A DNA stretch of 64,000 bases from Vicugna vicugna. Its lineage: Eukaryota. The notes under the pieces were generated by a model. It worked only from the letters and a program-made list of their open reading frames with translations, was not told the DNA's origin and ran no database searches. This document shows, piece after piece, positions 25,623-37,930 of this stretch (position 1 is the stretch's first letter; each line of letters starts with the position of its first letter). The DNA is taken from the NCBI GenBank assembly GCA_013265495.1, contig MU058221.1, forward strand, positions 2,232,001 through 2,296,000, given 5' to 3'. The translations under genes were made by a program, and so were the position numbers.

Positions 25623-27704
25623 AGTTCATGCTACTTTGTCTCTCTCTGGCCCCAGCCTTGCCTCCTGCAGCTCCAGGCACTGTTCCCTCATGGCCTGAGG
25701 CGAGGCTTCCCGTTCCCGGTCAAGCATCGTAGAGGGCTGTCCTGGGAAAGAGCTCCGTGACCACCAGGCCGAGTGAGGTTTCTGATTTCAGTGGCAAGGG
25801 CTTGAGAACAAGACGCAGATCGGGGGGCAGGTGGACAGGGTCTCCCTGAGAGCTGCCCTGCTGCCTTTCTCGGGGGTTGACGTAGGCGGGATTAGACTGG
25901 AAGGTCCCTGATCAGCTAGCAAGCTGTCTGATTAGCCCCGCCATCTGACCTGGCGTCTCAGGGGCTGTAATTTAAAGGTACCTGTGAGCGTGCTCTTGTA
26001 CCTGGGGGCTTGGGTGGGGTGAGCTCACAGTAGTGAGCTTTTGGTCTGTTTCTGTCAAAAAGTGGGCAGTGCTGAAGCCACTGAGGCCTTCGGTAGATCA
26101 GAGCCACATCCTAGACAAACAGCTTTCTTCCTAAAGTGCATCTTAAATTTTTTTTTATTATTTTAATTTATTTTTATTTTTAAATTATTTTTTATTCTTT
26201 ATTAAAAAAATTTTTTTAACAAAGGTGCATCTTCAGTCGTTTATTTTTTGGAGTCTGGATTGGAGCTGTCTACATTTTCTGTCATTTTTCCCTGTTCATC
26301 AAAAACCAAGTTGCATTCGTTGGTCAGTAACCAGACTCGGTTGTTCTGTTCTGTTTTGTTTTAGGTATTTCGTGTTGCTTATTAAATGCTTCATTACCCC
26401 CAGCACAGATGAAAGGCGGCTGTGCTGGCAAGGAGGTGGGTCACAGAGTGGCAGAGTGGCAGTGGGTGGGCCCCTCACGCGGTCTGAGGGGTGTGACTGC
26501 TGGAGCACGCGGCCCCAGTTGCAGGGCTTCAGCAGCTCTTGGCAAGGATTTTATATTTCACACAGTGCCTAGAAGCTTGTGTTCTAAATGAATACCTGAC
26601 AGTGTCTGATTTACATTTGGAAATAAAACACCCCACAGCCCCATGTCTCCTAAAGCATGTGTGTGCTCATTTCTGTTGTGTGACCGCCACCCTGATGTAA
26701 GTGTGGTGGATACGTGTCCGTGTCCACATCCAACGCCTGTGCGGTCCATCCTCGCACCAGGCTGGGGCACTGCTGACGGAGGGCCAGTTCCAGGACCACT
26801 GTCCAGGTCAGCCTTGCACAGTAGGGGCCCTAAACCAGGGGGGACAGATGTGGTGTGCTCGTGCTGTCCCTTCCCATTTCAGCAGCCCTGCCAGACATCA
26901 CTAATTGATTACAGCTTTTCCAGTCAAACCACAGAATACAGCTCAGCACCACATCCCAGACAGCCAGCGTCAGTCACTCGTCGCCGTCATGCGAGTGGGA
27001 ACCCAGCTGCTTTTCGTCACCCTCACCCCAAAAGGTCACTGCAGTGGCCGTTGGACAGACCTGTCTTTTCTGCCAAGAGAAACAGCCATGGCTGTCACGT
27101 GGGCCATAGGACACACACCACACACGCGAGCCCTGCCATGTTATGCCCCCCAAACAGTGGGCTAAGTAACTCCCTTGCCACAAGATGCCCATTTCCCCTG
27201 TGACTGAATCAGGGCTAAATGCATCTTGCCTTCCCTCATAGAAACGACCTAAATGATACAGTGGCGCACAGACGAGCCCTGCCAGGAGGACTGCTGGAAA
27301 TGTGATCACTTGTCTTCCTGACTGATGTCTAGCCATGTTTCTATTTCTGTATCCGTCTAGAGCGGTGCCTGTCTAAACCTTTGTTATTGCCGGTGATTCC
27401 AGGGAGGTGGGAATCAGCCTTTGAATGCAGTAGAAGGTAGTGTCAAGCCGGTGAGAAATGCCCCTGGGTGTCCCTGGGGCTGTCAGCTGTGAGTCTTTTC
27501 GCTCTGCAGACAGAAAATGACCCAGAACACTTGCGTGGCAAGTGGATTCATCCAGAAGTCCCACCTCTGGATTTTCCCTTATCTTCTGTTCTTTTCTCCC
27601 TCAAATTAAGTTGATTTTATGGAAAGAGAAGGGGAAGTTAACAAGAGGAATGAACCCTTTGCCACGTGTCAGGATCTTCTAATCAATACAATGAGCCTGA
27701 GACA

Positions 27705-27830
27705 CAGACATTATTAGCTCATTTTTCAGATGAGTCAACTAAGGCCCATTGGGTTTAAGGCATTTACCCATGATCTTCACATTACCGCTCAGATTTATTA
27801 ATGGCAGAGCCAACATTCAGATTGAGGTTT
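27705..27830 (-). mobile_element. MIR fragment
   Basis: ATTATTAGCTCATTTTTCAGATGAGTCAACTAAGGCCC...AATGGCAGAGCCAACATTCA. Confidence 0.6.
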
Positions 27831-28156
27831 GAAAAAAATTAGGTTTGAAAAGCAAGGTATATTACTTTTCCTCTTTTAACAACTCATGAGGAAAAAAGAA
27901 AATTATTAAGTTTTTCTTTCAAAAACGTTATCAAAATCTTTTGCTCTAACAGCCCAAACGTCCATGGGTTCTGATTTATGAAAGAACATGTGACTTGCTC
28001 CATGACTTTCTGCCGAAGAACGCACTGGAGAGAGTTAAGGTCATTCTCTGCAAGATGCAGTCAGACAAACTGGAGGTTACTGGGGAAACATGCAGATGTT
28101 AACAAACAGCATTGTTGTGCAGACTGACTTGGGGCAACGTCGTCCTGTTCACGCGA

Positions 28157-28674
28157 TGTCACCGAGTCCAGACTTGTTCTGCTCACCATATGTCAGGTCA
28201 GTAAATCGGGAGATGAGGCATTGGGGCAAAGAATAATGATTTTATTTGGAAAGTCAGCAGACCGAGAAGATGGCAGACTAATGTCCTGGAGAGCCATCGT
28301 CCCCAAGTCAGAATTCAGGCTCATTTTAAAAGAAGAGGGTGTGTGATTGGTTGTTGCGAACTTCTTGGTGTCGAAATCCTTTGTTCTTGCAGCTGTGCGT
28401 GTAGGTCAGGTCATGATGCTCCTGCAAACCTCCAACAAGGCAAGTGCTGTTCTCTGTTCTGCAACATTTTATCTGTGTATGAATGGAAAAGTGTTATACC
28501 CTTAAAGATCAGAGCCTTAAGAATGGGCTACCCTGGGTATTTCAGGCTATAGGCAACATTCTTTTATAAAAGATGCAGAACCAGCATGACTCAGCACAGG
28601 AACCAGAGAGTACAGGGTTAGCACTAAAGGAACAGATCTAGTATGGAGTCAGATTTTTTTTCTTCCCTATCACA
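28157..28674 (-). mobile_element. ERV1-type solo LTR
   Basis: TGTCACCGAGTCCAG...CCTATCACA termini, AATAAA on the minus strand near 28240, and AGAAGATGGCAGACTAATGTCC and ATGGAGTCAG motifs. TSD not clean. Confidence 0.8.
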
Positions 28675-29924
28675 ACGGGGCCATCCCTCATCCCTCCTGT
28701 CCCCACTAAGCTCATCTCTCCTCTTCATTTCACCTGAACATTCTCAGAAAAAGGTGAGAATTAGATGCATGAGACCTACACGATGACCGGAGGGGCTCTT
28801 CCTCCCAGTCTTTCTAATCTAAAATAAATGACCTGATCTGACTTACCCTACATATGGGAGGGGTGCCAATATTTGACCTCAGCAAGCCACATTAGGTGGC
28901 AGGGGACACTTGACTGTCCCTTTAAGTGTGACTTTTTAGAAACTGGCAGAACCAAATCCCCGAGCTTGAATGACATTTTGAAGCATTGTTAATTTCAAGA
29001 CTCCCCCCGCCCCCGTTCAAGTCACTCTTTGAGGAGTCATTTTCATTTGCCTGTCTGTTCACGATTTTATGGCATGTAAGTGACAGGCACTTTCTGTACC
29101 ACGTTGTTGGAGGGCACCCGCTAAAAGGGAGCTCCAGCTGAATGACATTGGATGTGAAATGCGACCTTTTTCTGCCAGGCTGTGTAATCTTTAGCATGCC
29201 TTGACATATGCTAAGCTACAAAATTTTGAAATGATCAGAATTGCCTTGGGAATTGTTACATGGAATATATGGCTCAGAATTCTCTCACGATTAGTTTAAA
29301 AACCTAAAACATTTCCCACAATTTCAAATCATTATTTTATCTGAACTCTACCATATGGATGTGACATATTGAACATGACTTTATAGTCTTAGGTAATGCT
29401 TTAACTATTGAGCAGAGTCATTTATGGTGCATGTTCCTAATACATGCTGAATATTGAAACTGACTTATAATGGTTTTAATAATGAAGCTATTAGTATCTT
29501 GAAGCATCTAAAAATAAAAGAATTAGTGGAAATAGGTAATGAGATCATACATGCTTATATATATTTTTTCTTGCCAGTGGAATTCTAGGCACATTACTAT
29601 TTGTAGCTGTTCACATCCAAGACAGGCATTAGTAACTTACAAATTTTTCTATAGTTATTTTCAAATCACTCATTCAGTTTTGGGGACATGTTCAGAAGGG
29701 CATGTATTTTATTTTTGCTTTTAATCTGGGTATTTGGTGTTTTCCCTACTTGTAATGTATATACACTTCCTTTGTCTTTTTGAAACAGATTCCTTATTTA
29801 ACAACAGATGGTAATGTTGCTTTAAAAAAATCTTTTTGAGTTACAAACTCCTTCTAAAAAGAACACTCTTCTGATTTTTTAGGTGCTTTGAATGTGTTAA
29901 AGAAAGGGTTGCCTAGTCAAATTA

Positions 29925-30070
29925 AGCCCTCAGAGACAGGTTCTGTGATTATCCTCATTTTGCTGATGATGAGGTAGGCTCAGCGAGGTTAAGTAGTTTG
30001 TCCACGGTCACACTATCTATTAAGGGACAGCACTGGGTGTGGAATTCAGACTGTTGACTTCAGGAACCAA
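29925..30070 (-). mobile_element. MIR
   Basis: ATTATCCTCATTTTGCTGATGATGAG...GGCTCAGCGAGGTTAAGTAGTTTGTCCACGGTCACAC. Confidence 0.75.
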
Positions 30071-30697
30071 GTCTAATGACTGCATTATCCTGGCTTTCAT
30101 TGTACATCAAAGACAACAAATGTTAAATCCAGTTTAACCCACTAAATGAACAAAACCCAGAATTCTGATGTGAAGAAGGGCACACATTTATTGGGCATCT
30201 GGCTATGAATGGAGCTGGGTATTTTAAGGAACAGCAAACTAAACAACCGTCTCTCAAGCTTCTTTTATGAGCTCCATGCTCTAAAGATAACTCTTTTGAA
30301 ATTCGAGGACAGCAAATTATATCCATTTTTTCTTGATTAAGCTAATTAACTACTTTGCATAAAAAAAAGTGGCTGAAGAGAGGACTGTCCCTCTATCCAC
30401 TCCATTTCAATAGAGATGTCAAAAATAAAGAAATTACAGGTTTCTTTTATCCTCCTTCTCAAGTCTTTATTCCAGACAAAGAAATGCTTCCAAATAAGTT
30501 GAGAGACAACCATAAGTAAATTACTCAGAGGTGGACATTTAAGGAGACCACAGAGAGGCAGGTAAAGGCACTTTGGTTGATTTGCTAACCTGGAACCTTT
30601 ACATCTTCATACAGGCTTCCCAAGGCTCCCAGGAACCTGCCTCTCTTGTGTTCTCACCCTGCCTGCCTGCCTTCCTGTTTCTTCCCCTTTCACTTGT

Positions 30698-31127
30698 TGT
30701 TAGAATGGGAGAGTCAAAAAAGATCAGATGCAGCTCAACAGCAGAGTCAGGTTTTATTTGGAAAAACCCACCGAAAAGTCTGCAGTGAGACTGCGGCCCC
30801 CTCTCTGGGTACCGACTTGGTTATTTTATGCCTAGGGGTAGAAGCTGATTAGTGGGTTCTTATGCAAATGAGGGGTGCTGAGCGGTAAGTTCTGATTGGT
30901 GGGTTTTTATGCAGATGAGACATGCTGAAGGGTAAGTGCTGATTGGTGGGTTTTAAAAGGGGCGTGTCTGAAAAGGAGCGGGGCGTGTCGGTGAACTTTC
31001 CCACCGGTAGTTCTCACTCCGGTCCAGGGAGGGTTTTACAGGCAGAAAGTGGAAGTTGTTCCTTGACGTCAGCGCGGCTTGTTCCGAAATAGTGGCGGAT
31101 CGCCAAAGCGGAGTCGGTCGTCTATCA
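30698..31127 (-). mobile_element. Solo LTR, CpG-rich, with tandem enhancer repeats
   Basis: TGTTAG...CTATCA termini. 5-bp TSD CTTGT/CTCGT differing only by a CpG transition. AATAAA on the minus strand near 30754. Confidence 0.85.
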
Positions 31128-32534
31128 CTCGTGTCTAGTGATTACTGAAAACACGGTATTCATCTCTGTTTCCAGTCAACTAAAATGTGACAGATGTTGA
31201 AGGTTTAAAAATCAGCACAAGGTATTGTCTGGCTTTGCGGTTTCCGAGATCACACACCATGCCAAATTGCGGTTTTACTGACAGGTGAGTACGTTTATTT
31301 GGCATGAGCAAGAATTAGCCTCAGAGTAGGTGGAAATAACTTACTAACGCAAAGTGACTGGTATTCTGCTGCGACTTTGTCTGAGTTTGTGAAAGGTTTG
31401 GGTTTCTATAGCAAATCTGAATGCTCCTCAAAGTGGCAAGAGTTTAGGCCCTCCTGAACGAAGTCCCTTCATGGGGCTTGGGGAATGAATGATGCTTCTA
31501 GTAGGAGCAGCCCAGAGAAAGAATTCGGGTGAGAGAGGGGACTGCCAGGAACAGGAGGAAGGCGGTGAGGGGAGGCAAGGTGGAAAGGCTCCCCCAACAA
31601 CCAGCGGGCTTCACAACCATGCCAGCATCTTGCCGGACCATGGGTGAACTTCCATTCTGTTGACATGAGGCTGCTGGAGACCTCTTTTCAGAAATGCTTT
31701 GGGGAAGAAATTCTATCCATGCTTACTGTATTCGAGTACCTGTCTTCTTCTGGAACACAATTCCAAACATACCTGGTCTTCTAGGGTGCATGTTGTAATG
31801 TAGTCAGTAAACACTCAGCCTCTTAATCTCCTCTGTGGACCAAGGTGGCCGTTGCTGCTGCCTGCGGGGCTGCATGTTTTGCCACTTATAGAGAAAAGGA
31901 AAATTATTCCTGGATTCACAACATCTAAGTTATCATCACCTTCTGTTTGCAACTGGGAGGGTTTCCCTAGGAATTATATTCTGTTAGGTATTAGATACAA
32001 AAATAATAAGTGGCAGGCCCTGCTGGAGAATTGAGGGTTCCGGTAAATTACTGTGCGCGAAGCAATTTGACATCCTTTCATCCTTTGAGGAAAGCTAAAT
32101 GTGAAATGTAAGTGTCAACATCTAAAAAAAACTGAAAGTCACACATGGGGGGGGCGCCTGGGAGTGTGGCAGGAATTGCCCCTCGGCGAGGGGAAGACTC
32201 GAGGTGGTTGTGCGAGTTAACAATGCGACTTCTCCCCGAGGCTAATGCATCTATGGTCGTTCTTGGACTTCTTCCTGGATTCTGTCAATTTAGCAAGGAC
32301 ATTTGCACATGTGGCTTCTGGGGTCTGACTGATACTGGGCTGAGAGCACTGGCCCAATATTTCAATTTCTTCTGTTCGAAAAGATGTGAGATGCTGGGGA
32401 CTTTAGGCCACCCCACGTGGAGTTCCTTCACACGTTATTATCCGTTGGTTGAAGACTGACTAATAAGAACGACAGACGTGACTTTTACTCTTCTATGCCT
32501 TTGATGAGCATTTTTTGCTAAATTCAAAAAGAAA

Positions 32535-32662
32535 TGCAGTAACCTATAATGAAAAAGAATCATAGGTATGTGTACGGATGACTGAAGCATTATGCTGTTC
32601 ACCAGAAATTGACACAAAATTGTCAACTGACTAGACTTCAATTAAAAAAAGGAAAAAAAAAA
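32535..32662 (+). mobile_element. LINE-1 3' fragment
   Basis: GTAACCTATAATGAAAAAGAAT...GACTGAAGCATTATGCTG...ACCAGAAATTGACACA...CTTCAATT plus A-tail. Homologous to 2300-2430. Confidence 0.85.
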
Positions 32663-33149
32663 GTGCATAGGTATAATCCTCCCCTCCCCTTCCACTTGGA
32701 AATTGGCTTTCTTGGACCTCATCTCGTCCCTTCCACAAGGCACACGTGTAAAATTGTATCACCATGAATGTCATAATCCTTCCTTACAATATTCTTTGTT
32801 TTGCACATATATGCCTTGTTTCCTGGATTCAGTGGCATTTTCCTCGAAAGTGCACTTCTGTTACGTCCATAATGCCTAGGAGAACAGGGTTCATGCTAGT
32901 CCGTGTCCGCTGCACGGTTAGCCTTGGGGAGGAGCCGTGTCTAGGACTTCACACGAGTGCCCTCAATGACCCCTCCCCCCTCCGCCGCCAAGGAATTTGG
33001 TGTTACTGTTCCCCTCATTTTCAGACGTGGGAGATGGGGCTTTAATATTCTGCCCTACATCACACCGAAGGGAGGCCGGAGGGCTCCGAACCCAGGTTTG
33101 TCTTCCTGTACCTCTTCCTCACTAATAAATGTGCGATACTCCTGATCCC

Positions 33150-33597
33150 ATCGTTTCATGAAACACACTTTCCCCAAACTTAAAACAACCACAGCTCTGT
33201 AGTTTGGACAGCGGTTGGCGGGGACAGTTCATCTGTGTGTCAGTCGAGGCAGCACTGCTGGGCCCAGGGTCCCCATCCAGGATGACCTTGCCTCCATGGC
33301 TGGAAGGTGGCTGTGGCCGCTGGCTTAGTTCTCACCTGGGGCTGTTGGTTGGTGGCCTCAGTGCTCCCTACGTGGCCTCTCCCCAGGGCTAGTCTGGGCT
33401 TCTTAAAGCATAAAGGCAGGGGACGCTAGGACTTCTTAAGGTGGAAGCTCCAAACTGGCGCAGCACAACTTCCAAACTGTCCTTTGGTTAAAGCAGGTGA
33501 CAGGACTGGCCAGAGTCAAGGGAGGGGACCGCACGTGGGTGGGAATGCTAGCAGGCACGGTTCGCAGGGATGATTTAAAGTGAAGAGTCTACCACAA
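33150..33597 (-). mobile_element. MaLR LTR (old MLT1 subfamily)
   Basis: CCCCAAACTTAAAACAAC...GGCCTCTCC...GGGCTTC...TTGGTTAAAGCAGGTGACAGG...CTACCACA has the antisense MLT1 architecture. Confidence 0.65.
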
Positions 33598-33960
33598 AAA
33601 GACAGCAAAACATTTTTTCAATGTGTTTTACGATCGTCTAAGAGTAGATGAAGTGTCCATGTCACCATCTCTTCAGCAGTGTAGTGGAGACGGAGAAGAT
33701 ACAGCTCCTGCTTCTGCTCTGCAGTGGCACCTGTTTTCCCCGAAGTTCAGACAGAAACAAACATAAAAACAAAGCCAAGCTGACCGGCGAGAGTGGTGGA
33801 CAGAAACACACCACACGTTGGGCGAGTCGGCATGTTCACACTGTGGGTATTTTTAAGAGTTTCCGTGACCAAAGTACACTCCTTTCTAATTTCTGGGATG
33901 CACACCTCTTTATTTTAGGCACTTTAACTTACATGCTTTCCACAGCATAGGGAGAGGGTG

Positions 33961-33962
<2 letters not shown>

Positions 33963-33991
<29 letters not shown>
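33963..33991. repeat. (CA)n microsatellite
   Basis: Read directly. Confidence 0.95.
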
Positions 33992-33995
<4 letters not shown>

Positions 33996-34849
33996 ACCTT
34001 TGGGTGCTAATGAAGGAGTAGAAATTGGGTATGCGGGGTTAGGTTACGCGTGGAGTGAGAGCTGGGGCTGTCTAGGTTAACACGGGAGTTCGTTCTGAGA
34101 GGCATGTGAAGAAGAGTCATGTACCTTTTTATTACATGCAGGGCGTCCATTTAGGAAAGTGGATCTTCAGGTTTTGTTTCCAAAATAGATCGTGTATTTT
34201 CAGTGCCCATTGAAAGAAACAAGGGAGAGTGGGTGAGAGGGTGCAATGGTAGCCTTTGCTATCTATAGCCCATGATGCTGTTAGTGTTCACCCCACGGAG
34301 AACTGAATCACATCTAAGCCCATCATTTCCGTATCTTTGGAAAGCTTTGAGCTCCTCACTGCCTGTTGGCATGGTAACATGACAGGACTTATGATGTCAA
34401 AGCCACATGAACTCATGATTGATCTAAAATTATTTGGGAAACTTTCCCATTTCAAATTTCCATTGAGAGAAAGAGAGAGAACGAATGAGAGGCCACGTGG
34501 CAGCTTAATTCAAAAGAGAAGAAAAAAAATCTTTTTTTTTTAATTGCCCTAAAATAAAGTCTCTGTTTTCCTTTTCATGTAAATGCTAAAAGATTACTGT
34601 CCTTCTGATGTTTTTGGCACTTTCTTTCAAATTCAGATATTTTCATCTCCCTTTCTCTTTTTAAATGTTTTTCCCCTGTTCTGATTGAAATCAGGGGTGG
34701 AAGCTAGCCCTCGGCTTTAGGCTGCATATGCAAAGGGGGGCAGGCGTGAGGCTGATGCATGTGCTCTGGAAGGGGCAGGTGTCTCCTGAAGTGAAGGTGG
34801 CCTTGAGGAAGCGCTGAGAGCTGGCAGAGACACCAGCAGGTACTAAGAG

Positions 34850-35200
34850 CTACTATCTTTCGGGTGTTTCCAAGCTGTAGTTGTTGCTGTGCCTTCCATG
34901 TTGAGGTGCAGACAAAAGAGTCACGAAGGTGAAGTAAGTTACTTGAGGCCAGATGGTGAGAAAGTGGCAGAACCGAGATTTATTGTTTTTTTTTTTTAAA
35001 TCTGAGCTTGTTAACAAGAGTCGTTCTATACTTAGATGAAAATAAGTAAAAATTATAAAGCTTTTATCACTTTGGGAAATTTATTTAAGCTGGTTTCTTT
35101 ATCACGCCCCCAGTTTACCAATCTGTAAATGGGGATAATGATAGAAACCTGCCTGTGAAGATGGACTGGAAGAACTGACTAAAGATAGAGCCCAGTCCTT
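34850..35200. mobile_element. Two MIR fragments in opposite orientations
   Basis: GAAGGTGAAGTAAGTTACTTGAGG...AAGTGGCAGAACCGAGATTT, and CCCAGTTTACCAATCTGTAAATGGGGATAATGATAG. Confidence 0.55.
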
Positions 35201-35519
35201 GCATGAAAAAGACCACATGCTGGTTGCCTCGTGGCTGCAAACAGATTTCTGTGGACTTTCCAAGTACAGAGGGATCGACACGTTCTTATTTCAGGTATCA
35301 CTTTCTTTGTGCCTTAAGACGTAGAACTCGACCATAATGCTGGCCCTTGGCGTGCCTACTTCTGCTACCAAAATGATTTCTTGTCTCTAACCAGATCTCA
35401 GACTGGCCACGCTTAAATTAAATTCTATTCCTCTACACAATTAATTCACAGCCAAAGGAGGGTTGGAAGTTGGAAGGAGTTATAATTTTTTTCTGAGTAA
35501 TGTTATTAATCAGACTTAA

Positions 35520-35910
35520 TTCACTTGTATTTTTGAACAGATTTTAATTGGAGGCCTACTCTGTGTCAAGCACTCTTTCAGGGAAAAGCTGAACAAAATG
35601 GACAAAAATTCCTATCGTTGGGAGCTTCTGTTTCAGGGTGGGAAACGAATGAGGAAAAATATGAAGAAGTGAGACGCCGACAGTGTCATCTAGTAAAATG
35701 ACTAAGAAACAAAGCCGGAAAGGAGCCACACTGAGCACACAGGGCGTCAGGACTGAAGCTGCGATTCAGGTCCCGGAGCGCCGAAAGGCAGATGTCTGGG
35801 CGGGGGGCGTCAGGGCAGGCAGAGGGGACGCAGGTGCCAAGGCCCTGAGGCCCAGGGTGCTCAGGAGCAGCAGGAAGTCCGGTGAGGAGGCTGCAGCAGA
35901 GTGAGTGAAG
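35520..35910 (-). mobile_element. L2 3' fragment
   Basis: GAACAGATTTTAATTG...CCTACTCTGTGTCAAGCAC...TGAACAAAATGGACAAAAATTCCT...GGCAGAGGGGAC...TGCCAAGGCCCTGAGG. Confidence 0.65.
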
Positions 35911-36039
35911 AGGAGGGTGTGGGCGCTGTCTGATTTTCCGTCCTTGGAGCACCCCCAGGAGACACAGAGCACACACGTGAATCGTCTGAAGTAAGAAAGA
36001 AGTGACTTCCCTAAGGGAACAGACTGAGTCTGAGTTTGA

Positions 36040-37045
36040 CGCCGACCGGGGGCCCCGCCCCGGCTTCGTTCCCCGGGAGCCGGGTTCTAGGCGGTTCTTC
36101 ACCGCTGAGTCACGCATTCCGAGTGTCGCCGTTCACCCTTCCGCCGCGCCAGGGGGCAGCTGTAAGGCCTGCCCGGCTGTGAGCGTGTTTCTTTCATCAT
36201 TCCGGGTGCGAATGACGAGTGCGTTCTCTCTGGCGTGACGAGGCTTTCTGCTCGCTGCTCCTCGCTGAAGCCGGAGAAGCAAGCCCGGCCAGCTGCGCGA
36301 GAGACGGACGGAGGGCGAGCGGGACTGAAGCCGCAGACGCCCGCGCCGCGCGAGCCGAGTCAGGGCCGAGCGCGCGCCGCCCGGCGCCGCCCGCCCCGCC
36401 GTGGCTGCCGAGCTGCGAGCAGGCGAGTCTGCGCTCAGGAGAGCCCCCCCTGCGCTGCCGGACGCCGGACGTGCCCCTTCGGGTGTCTTCATCAGCACAA
36501 GCTCAAGACCTCGCTGGCGGTGGATGAGCACTTTCTTGTAGTCTTTTGCCCCTTCCATGCATTTTCAGTGCCATAAGCATTTACTGAGCGTTCTCAGGTC
36601 CCGCGTCAGGACATGTTAGCCTCACACTGACTCTGAGAAGAATCTTACCCCAGTTCGCAGAGAGCGAAGTTCTGGGAGGTCTAGCAGATAATTTCCGAAG
36701 GTGAAATGCGCCGCAAAAGAGCCGACCGCCCCCGGGTGGCGGGGAGGGCGCTCGCTTGCAGGCGCGGAGTGTGCGGTCAGCGCGCGCCCCAGAGGTCAGC
36801 CTCGCCTGTCCTCCTGAAGGAAAAAGGGCCAAGGCTTCCCGGCGGGTGGCGCACTGGGCACTGTGGCTTCCTGCCCTGCGCTGGGACCAGACTGCTGCGT
36901 GAACACGCCGCGGTTCCCTTGGTCACACACCGGAGCCTCTGCTGGTCCACTGTGGAGGGACCAGAGTGTTGCTCCGCCCTGCGGTTTTGGCGCTCTGATG
37001 CGCTCAGTAGAGTGCTTGGCCTGTCGGTGCACTCGATGCGTTAAA
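36040..37045. promoter_or_regulatory. CpG island (candidate promoter or enhancer)
   Basis: Very high GC and CpG density (e.g. 36290-36480 CCGCGCCGCGCGAGCC...GCGCGCGCCGCCCGGCGCCGCCCGCCCC). Contains GC boxes, AP-1 TGAGTCA near 36106 and CTCF-like GCGCCAGGGGGCAG at 36146. Confidence 0.65.
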
Positions 37046-37219
37046 AGCGATGTTTTCCAGAATTTTATTACTAGAAGGCACTGATTAAATAATTGGGGAT
37101 GACTTACCCGCTAATTTATTTAACTCTATAAACGCATGAGCGGTGAGCACGCAGTCACGCACACACAGACACTCCGCTTCCTGCCCTCCTTTGATGTGAG
37201 TGATGGAATTGTCATGTAG

Positions 37220-37392
37220 ACCTCGGGGCAGCTGTGCATCTCAGGGGACGTCTGGCGATGTCAGGAGGTAGATTTGGTTCCAGATGGAGCGGGGAGGAGC
37301 ACTTCTGGCGCTTCGTGGACGGAGACGAGGGATGCTGCTGAGCACCCCCCAGAGTGTGAGAGCCCCACAACGGGCCACAGTGTCAACAGGCT
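37220..37392 (+). mobile_element. MER20 (hAT-Charlie)
   Basis: CAGGGGACGTCTGGCGATGTCAGGAG...GAGGGATGCTGCTGAGCACC...AGCCCCACAAC...AGTGTCAACAG follows the MER20 consensus. Confidence 0.75.
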
Positions 37393-37409
37393 GCATCTAG
37401 TTGTGTCTG

Positions 37410-37930
37410 TTTTTTTAATTGAAATATGGTCAGTTTGCAATGTCGTGTTAGTTTCTGGGGTGCAGCATAGTGACTCAGCTCTACATGTAAATATATTCTT
37501 TTTCATTATGGGCTATTACAAGATACTGAATACAGTTCCCTGTGCTCTACAGTAGGATTTTCTTGTTTTATCTATTTTATACATTCTGGTTAGTTTCTGC
37601 AAATCCCGAATTCCCAATTTATCCCTCAACCTCCCCTTTCCTCTTTGTAACCATTAAGTTTGTTTTCTGTGTCTGTGAGTCTGTGTTTTATAAATAAGTT
37701 CATTTGTGTCAGTTTTTTTGATTCCACATATAATTGATATCATATGGCATTTTCCTTTCTTTTTCTGGCTTACTTCACTTTTTATGACAACCTCCAGATC
37801 CATCCATGTTGCTGCAAATGGCATTATTCCATTCTTTTTTATGGCATAGTAGTATTCCAGTGTGTGTGTGTGTGTATACCACTGCTTCTTTATCCATTCA
37901 TCTGTCAGTGGACACTTAGGTTGCTTCCAT
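37410..37930 (-). mobile_element. LINE-1 3' end with TSD
   Basis: TTTAATTGAAATATGGTC...GATTCCACATATAA...TCCATGTTGCTGCAAATGGC...GGACACTTAGGTTGCTTCCAT. TSD TAGTTGTGTCTGTTTTT (37398) / TAGATGTGTCTATTTTT (37931). Confidence 0.92.
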
